Position numbers and translations under genes: made by a program. From assembly GCA_034439575.1 (NCBI GenBank), contig JAWXAQ010000030.1, forward strand, positions 96,001 through 160,000: a DNA stretch of 64,000 nt, given 5' to 3'. Shown here piece by piece: positions 61,866 to 64,000 of the stretch. The notes beneath the pieces were generated by a model. That model saw nothing but the letters and a program-made list of their open reading frames with translations, was not told the origin of the DNA and ran no database searches. This DNA is from Leptospira sp. (GTDB lineage: Bacteria > Spirochaetota > Leptospiria > Leptospirales > Leptospiraceae). Each line of letters begins with the position of its first letter. Position 1 is the first letter of the stretch.

Positions 61866-64000
61866 TCAAATTGATATCTTTGAACGAGAATACAAGGGGG
61901 ATGACAAATAACGAAAGAACTGTTGATGTAATGAGCCCAGAAATTACGACAATACCTAGAGGAATTTGAAATTCAGATCCTTTGCTAATGGAAAATATAA
62001 TTGGAAACATACCTAAAATAGTTGTTGTGTTGTTCATAATCACTGGTCGGAAAATTGTAGATGCGGCGGCAAACATTGCTTTTTCGATATCTCCGATTTC
62101 TTTCAAATATAAATTAAAATATTCATAGTATAATGCTGCATTATCTACTACGACGCCCATTAACAAAATAAATCCCATAAATGAACTTATGTTCAAAGAT
62201 TTACCGGTAATAAATAAGGCCGGAAAAGTTCCAATAAATACTAAAGGAACAGTCGTTAACATTAAAAAAGAGGAAATATAAGATTGGCTAAGACCAGCTA
62301 ACAACATGAATATAAGTAATAATGCTAAAGAAAATGCAATGGCCATCTCATTTAAAGACTCAGTCAATTTTTCTTTTTCCGATGAGTCTTTTATTTTAAT
62401 ACCCTCGGGTAATTGAGTCTTATTTAATAAATCCAGAATTTGATTTTTAGAATCTGGGGTCTTTGGATCTATAAAAATTTGAATCGGATTGACTTGGGTG
62501 TTTCCATGCCTTATTATATTTGATCTAATATTTTTTTTCTGAAAAGAGACGAATTGTTCTAGGGGAACATTTTCGCCGAAGGGAGTTACGATGCGAAGAG
62601 ATTTGATTTTTTCAATTGTATCCGAAGAATTTTTCTTCATACCAATGCGAATCGGAAGAGAAATTCCTCCTTCTTTTATTTCTGATACTTTAATTCCTTT
62701 CAAAGCAATTTTTATAAAAGTTGATATATATACATTCGTTAATCCATATTTAGCTAACTTGTATGCATCATATTTAATTTGATATTCAGGTTTCTCCTCT
62801 TCATTTCCTAAAAATATCATTCTGACACCATTGATTTTATAAATTTTGTCCTTCAGATTCTTTGAAAATTCATTTAGAACATTTTCTTCTTCTCCAATGA
62901 TAAAATAGGAAATCTCGGCTGACTTTTCGGAAAGCAATTCTCCTAACATATTTTCTTTAGGTTCTATCAAATAAGTCACTAAATCAGTATTTTTCAATAT
63001 CTCTTTCAATTTGATGGAGAAATTAAAAGAAGAAATTCCTATTTCTTCTTTTAACGAAACTTTTACATTTAATTGGCTAAATTCTTCTGAAGAACTTTTA
63101 TGAATTAAAAAATCTTCTTCTGCTCCCACCATTGTAAGTATGGAATTTATATTCGACTTTATTTCTGGTAATGATTCAATATGTTCTGCATATTTATTTA
63201 ACAACTGTAAACTTGTCCCAGTTGGCAGTCTTATTTTGATATTAATTTCACCAGTATCTATACGCGGAATATATTCTTTTTCGATAAAAAAAAATAGAGT
63301 TAGGCTAGTGAGGAATAGAATCAATATAATCTTTAAAAATAATAATTTATACTCATAAATAAATTTTAATTTCTTTTGATAAATTCTCAGTAATTTCTCT
63401 TCATTGAATATATTAAAAAGTATATTTTTTCGAGCTTTATCATTTCGAAATTTATAAAAATAACTCGTAATAAGAGGAATGAAAGTTAATGAAACAATAA
63501 AACTCAAAGACAATGTGATCACGATTGATAATGCCATTTCACGAAAAATCATACCTAAAGAACTTTTAATAAATCCAATAGGTAAAAATACGATAACGGT
63601 TGTAGCCGTAGCCGCAAATACTGAAGAAAAAACTTCTTGCACTCCATTAGAAATGGATATAAATAAATCTTTTCCGAGCATTCGATGTCTTTCAATTGCA
63701 GATAAAACAACATTACTCGAATCAAATAACATTCCAATCCCTAAAGCTAGACCACCTAAGCTCATCATATTGAAGCCAATATCTATATAATCAAAGATCA
63801 AAAAACTTGGAAGAAGCGTTGCTGGAATAGCTAAAATAAGAACCATTGGACTTTGATAATTTTTTAATATTAATAATAAAGATAAGAAGGCTAAAAATGC
63901 ACCTAGAATAAGACTAAAAAATAATCCACGTAATGAATCAGAAATAAATTTAGCTTCGTCATTTATAATTTCACCATGAATTTCTTTGGAAAATAAATTG
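61858..64000 (-). CDS. AcrB/CusA-family RND permease, 5' end outside window
   Basis: Frame is open to the window end; 'FNMMSLGGLALGIGMLFDSS', 'TTVIVFLPI', 'GVVVDNA', 'RPVIMNNTTTILGMFP', 'GLITSTVLSLFVIP'; overlaps the next RND gene by 8 nt. Confidence 0.9.
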   Translation of the reverse strand, partial: NLFSKEIHGEIINDEAKFISDSLRGLFFSLILGAFLAFLSLLLILKNYQSPMVLILAIPATLLPSFLIFDYIDIGFNMMSLGGLALGIGMLFDSSNVVLSAIERHRMLGKDLFISISNGVQEVFSSVFAATATTVIVFLPIGFIKSSLGMIFREMALSIVITLSLSFIVSLTFIPLITSYFYKFRNDKARKNILFNIFNEEKLLRIYQKKLKFIYEYKLLFLKIILILFLTSLTLFFFIEKEYIPRIDTGEINIKIRLPTGTSLQLLNKYAEHIESLPEIKSNINSILTMVGAEEDFLIHKSSSEEFSQLNVKVSLKEEIGISSFNFSIKLKEILKNTDLVTYLIEPKENMLGELLSEKSAEISYFIIGEEENVLNEFSKNLKDKIYKINGVRMIFLGNEEEKPEYQIKYDAYKLAKYGLTNVYISTFIKIALKGIKVSEIKEGGISLPIRIGMKKNSSDTIEKIKSLRIVTPFGENVPLEQFVSFQKKNIRSNIIRHGNTQVNPIQIFIDPKTPDSKNQILDLLNKTQLPEGIKIKDSSEKEKLTESLNEMAIAFSLALLLIFMLLAGLSQSYISSFLMLTTVPLVFIGTFPALFITGKSLNISSFMGFILLMGVVVDNAALYYEYFNLYLKEIGDIEKAMFAAASTIFRPVIMNNTTTILGMFPIIFSISKGSEFQIPLGIVVISGLITSTVLSLFVIPLVFSFKDINLNG

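Noticed and set aside
1-64000. rRNA, tRNA, prophage or known anti-phage defence genes
   Set aside because: None recognised by eye.

Overview
AT-rich bacterial chromosome segment, very probably Leptospira (DUF1577/PilZ-like gene, spirochaete-type lipoproteins, 7TM-DISM cyclase and kinase, a TIGR04388-like giant protein). About 1-30 kb is mostly housekeeping and metabolic: tmk, a Zn/Mn ABC uptake operon, an acyl-CoA dehydrogenase, an MCP, an SGNH hydrolase and a TetR module. Triple ATGCAACnnnGTTGCAT-type boxes sit upstream of the metal-uptake operon and of a divergent Tpx-like gene. About 30-46 kb holds accessory signalling and enzyme genes interspersed with GC-rich REP-like elements. The most striking part is about 44-64 kb, all on the minus strand, which looks like a polymorphic toxin system. 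It has two atypical RND permeases, then a 2324-aa signal-peptide protein without a visible Hint/intein that ends in a Cys-His-Asp papain-like domain, overlapped by a lipoprotein (candidate immunity). Next comes an orphan ~600-aa C-terminal module with a different Cys-His-Asp domain and its own lipoprotein, bracketed by near-identical hairpin direct repeats. All family calls are by eye from motifs; no database searches were run.
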